Assembly: GCA_964016885.1 (NCBI GenBank)
Contig: CAXHJY010001553.1
Coordinates: forward strand, 1-63,269
Length of the DNA: 63,269 nt
Reading direction: 5' to 3'
Source: Eledone cirrhosa
Lineage: Eukaryota
The translations under genes were made by a program, and so were the position numbers. This document shows, one piece after another, positions 1-16,244 of the stretch (its first letter is position 1; each line of letters opens with the position of its first letter). The notes beneath the pieces are model-generated. The model did no database searches. It was not told where the DNA came from and saw only the letters and a list, made by a program, of their open reading frames with translations.

Positions 1-398
1 CATATATAATATATATATATATATATACATATATAATATATATATATATATATACATATATAAATATATATATACATATATAATATATATATATATATAC
101 ATATATAATATATATATATATATATACATATATAATATATATATATATATATACATATATAAATATATATATACATATATAATATAAATATATATATACA
201 TATATAAATATATATATATATACATATATAATATATATATACATATATAATATATATATATATATACATATATAATATATATATATATATACATATATAA
301 TATATATATATATATACATATATAAATATATATATACATATATATATATATATACATATAATATATATATACATATATAATATATATATACATATATA

Positions 399-429
<31 letters not shown>

Positions 430-786
430 CATATATAATATATATATATATATACATATATAATATATATATATATACACATATATAAATATATATATAT
501 ATACATATATAATATATATATATATACATATATAATATATATATATATACATATATAATATATATATATATATACATATATAATATATATATATATACAT
601 ATATAATATATATATATATATACATATATAATATATATATATATACATATATAATATATATATATATACATATATAATATATATATATATATACATAATA
701 TATATATATATATATATACATATATAATATATATATATATATACATAATATATATATATATATATATACATATATAATATATATAC

Positions 787-821
<35 letters not shown>

Positions 822-850
822 CATATATACATATATATATATACATATAT

Positions 851-908
<58 letters not shown>

Positions 909-1053
909 CATATATAATATATATATATATACATATATAATATATATATACATATATAATATATATATATATATACATAATATATATATATATATACATA
1001 TATAATATATATATATATATACATATATAATATATATATATATATACATATAT

Positions 1054-1091
<38 letters not shown>

Positions 1092-1092
1092 C
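1..1092. repeat. Degenerate (TA)n microsatellite array, unit approx. CATATATAA(TA)n
   Basis: Almost only A/T dinucleotides with periodic C and AA interruptions. Confidence 0.97.
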
Positions 1093-1094
1093 AA

Positions 1095-1425
1095 ATCCGT
1101 CCCATTCAAAAATCTAAATCGCAACTCATAACAACAATACGGCACAATTATTTCACCTCAATCGGCCCTGCTCTCTTCAACATCACACCAGGACACGTCA
1201 AAACAGAAACTGACCACACAAAATTCAAGAAGTCTTTGGACAAATTCCTCCAAGTAATCCCGGACAAACCACCCACACCCGGATATGTCTCCGCAAACAG
1301 TAATTCTCTTCTCGAATGGGCCATGGTGCCCAAATCCAGAATTGAAAGACTTCGCCAGGTGGTGCTATTAAGTTAGACATGGCCTGGGCCAATACTGGCC
1401 AAAACATTTCAAAGTTATTCAAAGT

Positions 1426-1427
<2 letters not shown>
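1095..1427 (+). mobile_element. 5'-truncated 3'-end copy of the CR1-group LINE at 1738-5389, in opposite orientation
   Basis: Reverse complement of ~1738-2070 with about 3 substitutions seen by eye; encodes ...LDKFLQVIPDKPPTPGYVSANSNSLLEW; ends in (TTCAAAGTTA)2 then (TA)n. Confidence 0.93.
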
Positions 1428-1461
<34 letters not shown>

Positions 1462-1570
1462 CATATATAATATATATATATATATATACATATATAATAT
1501 ATATATATATATATACATATATAATATATATATATACATATATAATATATATATATATATATACATATAT

Positions 1571-1604
<34 letters not shown>

Positions 1605-1637
1605 CATATATAATATATATATATACATATATAATAT

Positions 1638-1685
<48 letters not shown>

Positions 1686-1737
1686 CATATATAATATATA
1701 TATATACATATATAATATATATATATATATACATATA
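1428..1737. repeat. (TA)n-derived spacer between the two tail-to-tail LINE ends
   Basis: Same CATATATAA(TA)n unit as the flanking arrays. Confidence 0.95.
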
Positions 1738-1824
1738 TAACTTTGAATAACTTTGAAATGTTTTGGCCAGTATTGTCCCAGGCCATGTCTAACTTAATAG
1801 CACCACCTGGCGAAGTCTTTCAAT

Positions 1825-4800
1825 TCAGGATTTGGGCACCATGGCCCATTCGAGAAGAGAATTACTGTTTGCGGAGACATATCCGGGTGTGGGTGGTTTG
1901 TCCGGGATTACTTGGAGGAATTTGTCCAAAGACTTCTTGAATTTTGTGTGGTCAGTTTCTGTTTTGACGTGACCTGGTGTGATGTTGAAGAGAGCAGGGC
2001 CGATTGAGGTGAAATAATTGTGCCGTATTGTTGTTATGAGTTGCGATTTAGATTTTTGAATGGGACGGATAGCACGGGGCCCAAGCCTTGGGTGTATCTT
2101 GAAGGCGATGCCAACATCATTTGGGCAGTGATGATGGAACATTTTCCACATCATGCAGATAATATAACGCTCATGGCGACGTTGGAGTGAGTAAAGTTTC
2201 AGGTTTTCAAATCGACCCCAGTAGTCAAGGTCTGACATGCCATCTATCTTTTTCGTGATTGCCCTTTGAGGAGCTTCAAGTTTCATGATACTTTGTTTCG
2301 TGTGGGGAGACCACAGTGGACAACAGTATTCAAGGTGTGGTCGGGCGAAAGTAGAGAAGAGAAGGATAATGGTGCGGGAATCTCTCGACTGGAAGGTTCT
2401 GAGGATCCAGGAACACATTCTGCGGGCCATGTCAACTTTGCTGCTTATATGCGTGGTCCAGCTTATGTTGCTGTCCACGGTTACTCCCAAGTCTCTGATG
2501 TTGTTAGATGCCACGAGAGTTTCCCCGGAGGGAAGGGAGTACGGGAGTTTCAGAGCATCCTCTTTTCCAAAGTGGATCAGTTCGAATTTGTCTTCGTTCA
2601 GTAACATGTTGTTCTTTTCTGCCCATTGGGTAACAGCCAGTAGGTCTGACTGAAGGCTTATCCGGTCATCCACGCCATTGATGACCTTTTGGAGCTTGGA
2701 ATCATCAGCGAAAATTTTAATGTTGCTGTATTTGATGATGTCAGTGATGTCATTAATATAGATGATGAAGAGAAGTGGGCCCAACACAGTGCCTTGTGGG
2801 ACTCCACTACTGACTTTGGCTGGGCTTGATTTGACTCCCTCAACTACAACATGTTGGGTTCTGTTTGACAGGAAGCTCTTGATCCACTGCAGCAGCTTTC
2901 CAGTCACACCAATATTGGACAGCTTTCTCAGTAGAATGTTATGATCAACCCTGTCAAAGGCCTTGCTGAAATCAAGGTAGATAACATCAGTGTTGGAACC
3001 CTCTCCCAAGGCTCTCAAAATGTCATCAAAGTGATGCAGTAGTTGCGTCAGGCAATCCCTTCCATTACGGAATCCATGCTGGTTGGAGTTCAGCATATTG
3101 TTACTCTCAAGGAAGTGGGTCATTCGCGATCTCACCACTCGCTCAAATACCTTAATGATATGAGAGGTGAGTGAGATTGGACGGTAATTCACGGCAAGGG
3201 ATTTGTTTCCCTTTTTGAAAACTGGGACAACAGACTGGGATAGAAGGTTTTCTGGCACATATCCAGCATCCAGTGAGTTCCGCCACAGATTGGCAAGAGG
3301 AGAAGCAAGTTGGTGTTGACACGCCTTCAAGACACAAGCAGGGAACCTATCGGGACCTACTGCTGAATTATGCTTGATTTCCTTTATTGCCGCCAAGACA
3401 TCAGGGGCGCCAAACGTTATGTCCGATAAGGTGTAATGGGGAGTAACATCGCCGATACAGCCCAGATCGGCCATATCAGGATTGCTGAAAACAGAGCAGT
3501 ATTGTTTCTGCAGTATCTCACCCATGGTTTTAGCATTGTCTTGAAGAGTGCCATTTTCATCAATTAGAGGGCCAACAGTAGAGCCAGTGATTTTGTGTTT
3601 TTTTGCAAATGAAAAGAACACTTTGGGATTGAGTTTGATCTTCTCAATGGCCCAGGCCTCTTCAGCTCTTCTCTGATTGTTGATGAGGGACATTATGTTG
3701 TTTTGGAGGTTATGTTTTTTAATCTCTAGTGATGAAATGGCAGTCAAGTTGATGTGTTGCTGCTGACAGTATTTCAGATTGTTGATTTTTTTGTTCGTTC
3801 TCTTAATTTTTCTGATGAGCGTTTTTCTATTTCTAGGGATTCTGCTCTTAGATTTGTTTATAGTTCTTAATGGGGTGTGTTTAGCACATATGTTTGTAAC
3901 AGTGTCCACAAATGTCTGCCAGGACTTTTTGATGTTAGTGGGTGTATGAGTGTGCGTGAAGGACCAGTCGACATGTGCAAGATCATGACTGATCGCTTCC
4001 CAGTTTGCATTGTGGAAATCCATAGCGTCAAACGGATGGACAGGAGAAATGACATTGGGTTTGTATATTGGACGGTGGAATCTCAGATCACAGAGAACCA
4101 TGTCATGATCAGAGAGTAGAGTTTTCTCCACTGCAATATTGTGGATATTGTCAGTGTGATTGCTGAAAATTAAGTCTAGGACGTTTTTGTGGCACCTCGT
4201 TGGTTCGAGCACTAGTTGGGATAGGAAGAAATCATCCATGAAGTCAAGAAGCGATTCCACAGCTTCCCTGTCAGAGGTTGAGGCAGAAGAACCTGGTGGC
4301 AGGGTGTTTGTGGACCAGTCAACTCCGGGGAGGTTGAAGTCCCCCATCATTAAGATGTTGTCAGGGTGACACTCTTGGATGAAACACTTTATGCTGTTGA
4401 GGCATTCCTTGAAGCATGGTACAGGCGTTTGGGGTGGCCTATAGAGCCCAACTACTAATAGGTTGTTGGTTTGACTGAATACAGTGACTGCCTCACAGTA
4501 TCCATTAGTGAATATGTTCATAGCCTCTGTTGAGAAAGAATTATGGACATAAATGGCAGTTCCGCCCTTTCTTCTGCCAGCGCGATCAGCACGGATGGCT
4601 TTGAAATTTTTCACTTTCACCTCGGCTTCCAAGTGGAGATTACTGAGATGGGTTTCAGTGAGGACGAAGAAAGGGATGTGGTTTGGATGGACATCAATCC
4701 AGTCCTCCAGGAATTTGATCTTCCATTTTTGAGTATTGGTGGAAGGGCTGATGCCTTGGGCGTTAAGCAAAAATGTAGAGGCGAGAGTGGATGGTTTTAA

Positions 4801-4845
4801 TTGTTTTGGTGTGTTGTTAATTTGTTTGTTTGTTAATGGCAGCAA
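1825..4845 (-). CDS. LINE ORF2: apurinic-like endonuclease + reverse transcriptase (~1006 aa; frame open up to ~4962)
   Basis: EN motifs LTETHL, KGGTAIYVH, GLYRPP, MGDFNLP, SDHD; RT motifs NYRPISLTS, QHGFR, YLDFSKAFD, GVPQGTVLGPLLF, FADD, RDLGV; no internal stops; the listed start is TTG, not ATG. Confidence 0.95.
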   Translation of the reverse strand: MLPLTNKQINNTPKQLKPSTLASTFLLNAQGISPSTNTQKWKIKFLEDWIDVHPNHIPFFVLTETHLSNLHLEAEVKVKNFKAIRADRAGRRKGGTAIYVHNSFSTEAMNIFTNGYCEAVTVFSQTNNLLVVGLYRPPQTPVPCFKECLNSIKCFIQECHPDNILMMGDFNLPGVDWSTNTLPPGSSASTSDREAVESLLDFMDDFFLSQLVLEPTRCHKNVLDLIFSNHTDNIHNIAVEKTLLSDHDMVLCDLRFHRPIYKPNVISPVHPFDAMDFHNANWEAISHDLAHVDWSFTHTHTPTNIKKSWQTFVDTVTNICAKHTPLRTINKSKSRIPRNRKTLIRKIKRTNKKINNLKYCQQQHINLTAISSLEIKKHNLQNNIMSLINNQRRAEEAWAIEKIKLNPKVFFSFAKKHKITGSTVGPLIDENGTLQDNAKTMGEILQKQYCSVFSNPDMADLGCIGDVTPHYTLSDITFGAPDVLAAIKEIKHNSAVGPDRFPACVLKACQHQLASPLANLWRNSLDAGYVPENLLSQSVVPVFKKGNKSLAVNYRPISLTSHIIKVFERVVRSRMTHFLESNNMLNSNQHGFRNGRDCLTQLLHHFDDILRALGEGSNTDVIYLDFSKAFDRVDHNILLRKLSNIGVTGKLLQWIKSFLSNRTQHVVVEGVKSSPAKVSSGVPQGTVLGPLLFIIYINDITDIIKYSNIKIFADDSKLQKVINGVDDRISLQSDLLAVTQWAEKNNMLLNEDKFELIHFGKEDALKLPYSLPSGETLVASNNIRDLGVTVDSNISWTTHISSKVDMARRMCSWILRTFQSRDSRTIILLFSTFARPHLEYCCPLWSPHTKQSIMKLEAPQRAITKKIDGMSDLDYWGRFENLKLYSLQRRHERYIICMMWKMFHHHCPNDVGIAFKIHPRLGPRAIRPIQKSKSQLITTIRHNYFTSIGPALFNITPGHVKTETDHTKFKKSLDKFLQVIPDKPPTPGYVSANSNSLLEWAMVPKS

Positions 4846-5387
4846 TGGGAGTTTGTGCAGTGGGGTGATAGTGGAGGGTGGTGCTGGGTGATAGCTCGAA
4901 TGTTTTTTTCCAGTTCTTTTGCCAGATTCATTATGGCTAAAAAAGAGGAAGAAGTTTCCTGTTTAGAAGACTGTTGGTGACTGTGGTAGTGGTTATTTTT
5001 ATGTAGGTTATGGTTTTTGTTTTTGCTTTTATTTTTAATTTTATTTTCATTTATCCGACGGGTCCCCGGGAGATGGGTAAAGGGACAATCCCGGTCTAAA
5101 CACAATCTGTCTCGCAGGGAAAAACGGCAGATTTGTGGATTCCTTGTTTGAGTTATTGGTGGTTGTGTTGGTGTTAAATTAGAGTATGTATTATGGTGGT
5201 GGCTGTTTGTGGGGATAGATCGTTTTGTCCTAGGTAAATGGGTGAATTTGCAGCCACTATCCGTACATATTCTATAGCGTAGAGAGTAGCGGCAAATGAT
5301 GGGGTTTCGAGTGGGTGGGTATATGGGTGTGGGTGTTGTGAGAGGTGTAGATGATGGTTTGGGTAGGATTTGACGACCTTTGTGGAC
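4833..5387 (-). CDS. LINE ORF1 C-terminal remnant with two CCCH zinc fingers
   Basis: Manual translation is open from 5387 to TAA at 4833: ...NPIICRYSLRYRICTDSGCKFTHLPRTKR...NPQICRFSLRDRLCLDRDCPFTHLPGTRR...; two C-x8-C-x4-C-x3-H motifs; 5' end cut by the (TA)n array. Confidence 0.8.
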   Translation of the reverse strand, partial: VHKGRQILPKPSSTPLTTPTPIYPPTRNPIICRYSLRYRICTDSGCKFTHLPRTKRSIPTNSHHHNTYSNLTPTQPPITQTRNPQICRFSLRDRLCLDRDCPFTHLPGTRRINENKIKNKSKNKNHNLHKNNHYHSHQQSSKQETSSSFLAIMNLAKELEKNIRAITQHHPPLSPHCTNSHCCH

Positions 5388-5389
5388 CT

Positions 5390-8145
<2,756 letters not shown>

Positions 8146-8276
8146 GTAAAGTTATATTTAAAATTGTTGGGTTACAACTAGTAAATATTTATAACTGATA
8201 TAAAAGCACTCGACAAATACTTGGAGTATATTTACAATATTAAATAAATGGAAAACTATATTTATAAAACCATATT

Positions 8277-8342
8277 TATTTCATTATATATATTTCGGGG
8301 ATATCATATTAACAATATGCTATGCCTTCATCAGACAAAATA
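8277..8342 (-). ncRNA. Type I hammerhead ribozyme (Penelope-type)
   Basis: UAUUUUGU-CUGAUGA-A-GGCAUAGCAUAUU(GUU)AAUAUGAUAUCCCC-GAAA-UAUAUAU-A-AUGAAAUA; 8-bp stem I (2 G-U), hairpin stem II, palindromic stem III, UA cleavage site. Confidence 0.72.
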
Positions 8343-8508
8343 CAATATAAACAGTTTTATAGATAAATATATTCGACATACCGTAATAAACACCAACTTC
8401 ATTTGGAGAGGTTTACGCTAGCAGTTTATGCTAGCGTAAACCTCTCCAAATGAAGTGATGTTTATTACGGTATGTCGAATATATTTATCTATAAAACTGT
8501 TTATATTG

Positions 8509-8574
8509 TATTTTGTCTGATGAAGGCATAGCATATTGTTAAAATGATATCCCCGAAATATATATAATGAAATA
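8509..8574 (+). ncRNA. Type I hammerhead ribozyme (mirror copy in the other arm)
   Basis: CTGATGA at 8517-8523, GAAA at 8555-8558, predicted cleavage after A8566; stem I 8509-8516 pairs with 8567-8574. Confidence 0.7.
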
Positions 8575-8618
8575 AATATGGTTTTATAAATATAGTTTTC
8601 CATTTATTTAATATTGTA

Positions 8619-9131
8619 TATATATAATATATATATATATAATATATATAATATATAAATATATATAATATATAATATATATAATATATAATATATATAA
8701 TATATAATATATATAATATATAATATATATAATATATAATATATATATATATAATATATAATATATATATATATATATAATATATATATATATATAATAT
8801 ATATATATAATATATATATATAATATATATATATATAATATATATATATATAATATATATAATATATAATATATATAATATATATATATATAATATATAT
8901 ATATATAATATATATATATATAATATATATATATATATAATATATATATAATATATAATAATATATAATATATATAATATATATATAATATATATAATAT
9001 ATAATATATATATATATATAATTATATATATATAATATATATATAATATATATATATAATATAATATATATATATATAATATATATATATAATATATATA
9101 TATAATATATATATAATATATATATATATAT

Positions 9132-9164
<33 letters not shown>

Positions 9165-9182
9165 AATATATATATATAATAT

Positions 9183-9216
<34 letters not shown>

Positions 9217-9606
9217 ATATATATATATAATATATATATATATAATATATATATATATAATATATATATATATAATATTTATATATATAATATATATATA
9301 TAATAATATATATATAATATATATATATAAATATATATATATAATATATATATATATAATATATATATATAATATATATATATATAATATATATATATAT
9401 AATATATATAATTATAATATATATATATATAATATATATATATATAATATATATATATATAATATATATATATATAATATATAATATATATATAATATAT
9501 ATATATATAATATATATATATATAATATATAATATATATATAATATATATATATATAATATATATATATATATAATATAATATATAATATATATATAATA
9601 TATAAT

Positions 9607-9654
<48 letters not shown>

Positions 9655-9967
9655 ATATATATATAATATATATATATATAATATATATATATATAATATA
9701 TAATATATATATAAAATATATATATATAATATATATATAATAATATATAATATATATATAATATATATATTATAATATATAATATATATATATATATAAT
9801 ATATATATATAATATATAATATATATATATATATAATATATATATATAATATATATATATAATATATAATATATATATATATAATATAATTATATAATAT
9901 ATATATTATAATATATAATATAAATATATATATATAATATATATATAATATATAATATTAATATATA

Positions 9968-10012
<45 letters not shown>

Positions 10013-10042
10013 TATAATATATATATATATAATATATATATA

Positions 10043-10085
<43 letters not shown>

Positions 10086-10181
10086 TATATATAATATATA
10101 TATATATATAATATATATAATATATATATAAATATATATATTAATATATATATATATATATATATATAATAATAATATTAT

Positions 10182-10236
<55 letters not shown>

Positions 10237-10245
10237 TATATATTA

Positions 10246-10277
<32 letters not shown>

Positions 10278-10417
10278 TATAATATATATATAATATATAT
10301 ATAATATATATATATATAATATATATATATATAATATATATATATATTATATATTAATATATATATATATATAATATATATATATATATAATTATATATA
10401 TATATATATTATATAAT

Positions 10418-10451
<34 letters not shown>

Positions 10452-10539
10452 ATATATATAATATATAATATATATAATATATATATATAATATAATATAT
10501 ATATATAATATATATATATATAATATATATATATAATAT

Positions 10540-10619
<80 letters not shown>

Positions 10620-10656
10620 TATATATATATAAAATATATATATATATAATATATAT

Positions 10657-10699
<43 letters not shown>

Positions 10700-10715
10700 T
10701 ATATATATATAAATA

Positions 10716-10747
<32 letters not shown>

Positions 10748-11029
10748 TATATAATATATATATATAATATATATATATAATATATATATATATAATATAT
10801 ATATATATAATATATATATATAATATATATATATATAATATATATATATAATAATATATATATAATATATATATATATAATATATATATATATAATATAT
10901 ATATATATAATATATATATATATAATATATATATATAATATATATATATATAATATATATATATAATATATATATATATAATATATATATATATAATATA
11001 TATATATAATATATATATATATAATATAT

Positions 11030-11063
<34 letters not shown>

Positions 11064-11093
11064 ATATATATATATATAATATATATATAATAT

Positions 11094-11185
<92 letters not shown>

Positions 11186-11391
11186 TATATATAATATATA
11201 TATATATAATATATATATATAATATATATATATATAATATATAATATATATATAATATATATATATATAATATATATATAATATATATATATATAATATA
11301 TATATAATATATATATATAATATATATATAATATATATATATAATATATATATAATATATATAATATATATATATAATATATATATAATAT

Positions 11392-11444
<53 letters not shown>

Positions 11445-11585
11445 ATATATATATATAAATATATATAATAATATAATATATATAATATATATATATATAT
11501 ATAAATATATATATATAAATATATATAATATATATATATATATAATATATATATATAATATATATATATAATATATATATATAAT

Positions 11586-11628
<43 letters not shown>

Positions 11629-11636
11629 TATATAAT

Positions 11637-11668
<32 letters not shown>

Positions 11669-11736
11669 ATATATATATATAATATATATAATATATATAT
11701 ATATATAATATATATATACATATATATATAATATAT

Positions 11737-11779
<43 letters not shown>

Positions 11780-12262
11780 TATATATATATAATATATATA
11801 TATAATATATATATGTAATATATATAATATATATAATATATATATGTAATATATATGTAATATATATATATTATATATATATATAATATATATATATAAT
11901 ATATATATATTATATATATATATAATATATATATATAATATATATAAATAATATTATATATCATATATATATATATATCATATATATATATAATATATAT
12001 ATATAATATATATATGTAATATATATAATTATATAATATATATATGTAATATATATGTAATATATATATATTATATATATATATAATATATATATATAAT
12101 ATATATATATTATATATATATATAATATATATATATAATATATATATATAATATATATATTATATATATATATAATATATATATAATATATATATATTAT
12201 ATATATATATATATAATATATATATATATATTATATAATATATATAATATATATATTATATA

Positions 12263-12304
<42 letters not shown>

Positions 12305-12308
12305 TTAT

Positions 12309-12340
<32 letters not shown>

Positions 12341-12602
12341 ATATATATATATATTATATTATATATATATATATATTATATATAATATATATATATATTA
12401 TATATAATATATAATATATATATAATATATATATATAATATAATAATATAATATATAATATATATATATAATAATATATATAATATATATATATATAATA
12501 TATATATATAATATATATATATAATATATATATATAATATATATATATAATATATATATATATATATAATATATATATATATATAATATATATATAATAT
12601 AT

Positions 12603-12645
<43 letters not shown>

Positions 12646-12805
12646 ATATATATATATATAATATATATATAATATATATATATATAATAATATATAATAT
12701 ATATATATATAATATATATATAATATAAATATATATATAATATATAATATATATAATATATATAATATATATATAATAATATATAATATAATATATAATA
12801 TATAT

Positions 12806-12837
<32 letters not shown>

Positions 12838-12845
12838 ATATATAT

Positions 12846-12877
<32 letters not shown>

Positions 12878-12881
12878 ATAT

Positions 12882-12934
<53 letters not shown>

Positions 12935-12938
12935 ATAT

Positions 12939-12970
<32 letters not shown>

Positions 12971-13155
12971 ATATATATAATATATATATATATATATATA
13001 ATATATATATATAATATATATATATATATAATATATATATATATACATATATAATATATATATAATATATATATATATAATATATATATATATATACATA
13101 TATAATATATATATATATATATATATAATATATATAATATATAATATATATATAT

Positions 13156-13190
<35 letters not shown>

Positions 13191-13211
13191 TATAATAATA
13201 TATATATATAT

Positions 13212-13264
<53 letters not shown>

Positions 13265-13477
13265 ATATATAATATATAATATATATATATAATATATATA
13301 TATAATAATATATATATAATATATATATATATAATATATATCTATATATATATATATATATATATAATATAATATAAATATAATATATATATATATAATA
13401 TATAATATATATATATATAATATATATATTATATACATATATATATATAATATATATATATAATATATATATATATA

Positions 13478-13508
<31 letters not shown>

Positions 13509-13730
13509 ATATATATATATACATATATATACATATATATATATATATTAATATATATATAATATAATATATATATACATATATACATATATATAATATA
13601 TAATATATATATATAATATATATATATAATATATATATATATAATATATATATATACATATATATATATATAATATATATATACATATATATACATATAA
13701 TATATATATATAATACATATATATACATAT

Positions 13731-13811
<81 letters not shown>

Positions 13812-16213
13812 TATATATATATAATATATATATATATAATAATATATATATAATATATATATATAATATATATATATCTACATATATAATATATATATAT
13901 ACATATATAATATATATAATATATATATATATACATATATAATATATATATACATATACATATATAATATATATATACATATAATATATATAATATATAT
14001 ATATAACATATATAATATATATACATATATAATATATATATATATACATATATAATATATATATATACATATATAATATATATATATATACATATATAAT
14101 ATATATATATATACATATATAATATATAATATATATATATAACATATATAATATATATATATATATATATACATATATAATATATATACATATATAATAT
14201 ATATATATATACATATATAATATATAATATATATACATATATAATATATATATATATACATATATAATATATATATATATACATATATAATATATATATA
14301 TATACATATATAATATATATATATATATAATATATATATATAATATATATATATATAATATATATATATATACCATATATAATATATATATATATATACA
14401 TATATAATATATATATATACATATATAATATATATATATATAATATATATATATATACATATATAATATATATATATATAATATAATATATATACATATA
14501 TAAACATATATAATATATATACATATATAATATATAAACATATATAATATATATATATATACATATATAATATATATATATATACATATATAATATATAT
14601 ATATATACATATATAATATATATATATATACATATATAATATATATATATATATACATATATAATATATATATATATATACATATATAATATATATATAT
14701 ATACATATATAATATATATATATATACATATATAATATATATATATTACATATATAATATATATATATATACATATATAATATATATATATATACATATA
14801 TAATATATATACATATATAGTATATATATATATACATATATAGTATATATATATATACATATATAATATATATATATATACATATATAATATATATATAT
14901 ACATATATAATATATATATATATACATATATAATATATATATATATCCATATATAATATATATATATATCCATATATAATATATATATATATCCATATAT
15001 AATATATATATATATCCATATATAATATATATATATATCCATATATAATATATATATATATCCATATATAATATATATATATATCCATATATAATATATA
15101 TATATATCCATATATAATATATATATATATCCATATATAATATATATATATCCATATATAGTATATATAGTATATATATATCCATATATATATATCCATA
15201 TATATATATACATATATAGTATATATATATACATATATAGTATATATATATACATATATAGTATATATATATACATATATAGTATATATATATACATATA
15301 TAGTATATATATATACATATATAGTATATATATATACATATATAGTATATATATATACATATATAGTATATATATATACATATATAGTATATATATATAC
15401 ATATATAGTATATATATATACATATATAGTATATATATATATACATATAGTATATATATATATACATATATAGTATATATATATACATATATAGTATAAT
15501 ATATATACATATATAGTATATATATATACATATATAGTATATATATATACATATATAGTATATATATATACATATATAGTATATATATATATATATATAT
15601 AGTATATATATATATATACATATATAGTATATATATATATATATATATAGTATATATATATATATATATATAGTATATATATATATACATATATAGTATA
15701 TATATATATATAGTATATATATATATATATAGTATATATATATATATATAGTATATATATATATATATAGTATATATATATATATATATAGTATATATAT
15801 ATATATATAGTATATATATATATATATAGTATATATATATATAATACATATATAGTATATATATATATAGTATATTATATATATATACATATATAGTATA
15901 TATATATATATATATACATATATAGTATATATATATATATATACATATATAGTATATATATATATATATACATATATAGTATATATATATATATATATAC
16001 ATATATAGTATATATATATATATATATACATATATAGTATATATATATATATATACATATATAGTATATATATATATATATACATATATAGTATATATAT
16101 ATATATATATACATATATAGTATATATATATATATATACATATATAGTATATATATATATATACATATATAGTATATATATATATATACATATATAGTAT
16201 ATATATATATATA

Positions 16214-16244
<31 letters not shown>

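Larger units (their letters stand above)
1738..5389 (-). mobile_element. CR1-group non-LTR retrotransposon (LINE), 5'-truncated within ORF1, ORF2 intact
   Basis: APE endonuclease + RT ORF, upstream overlapping ORF with CCCH fingers, short 3' UTR and tandem-repeat tail; (TA)n on both sides. Confidence 0.93.
8233..8618. mobile_element. Long inverted repeat (~190-bp arms, 5-nt loop at 8424-8428); probable inverted Penelope-like terminal repeat remnant
   Basis: 8233-8423 is the reverse complement of 8429-8618 with few mismatches; each arm has a hammerhead core; embedded in (TA)n. Confidence 0.75.

Noticed and set aside
2266-4800. Several + strand ORFs of 60-122 aa
   Set aside because: Antisense shadows of LINE ORF2.
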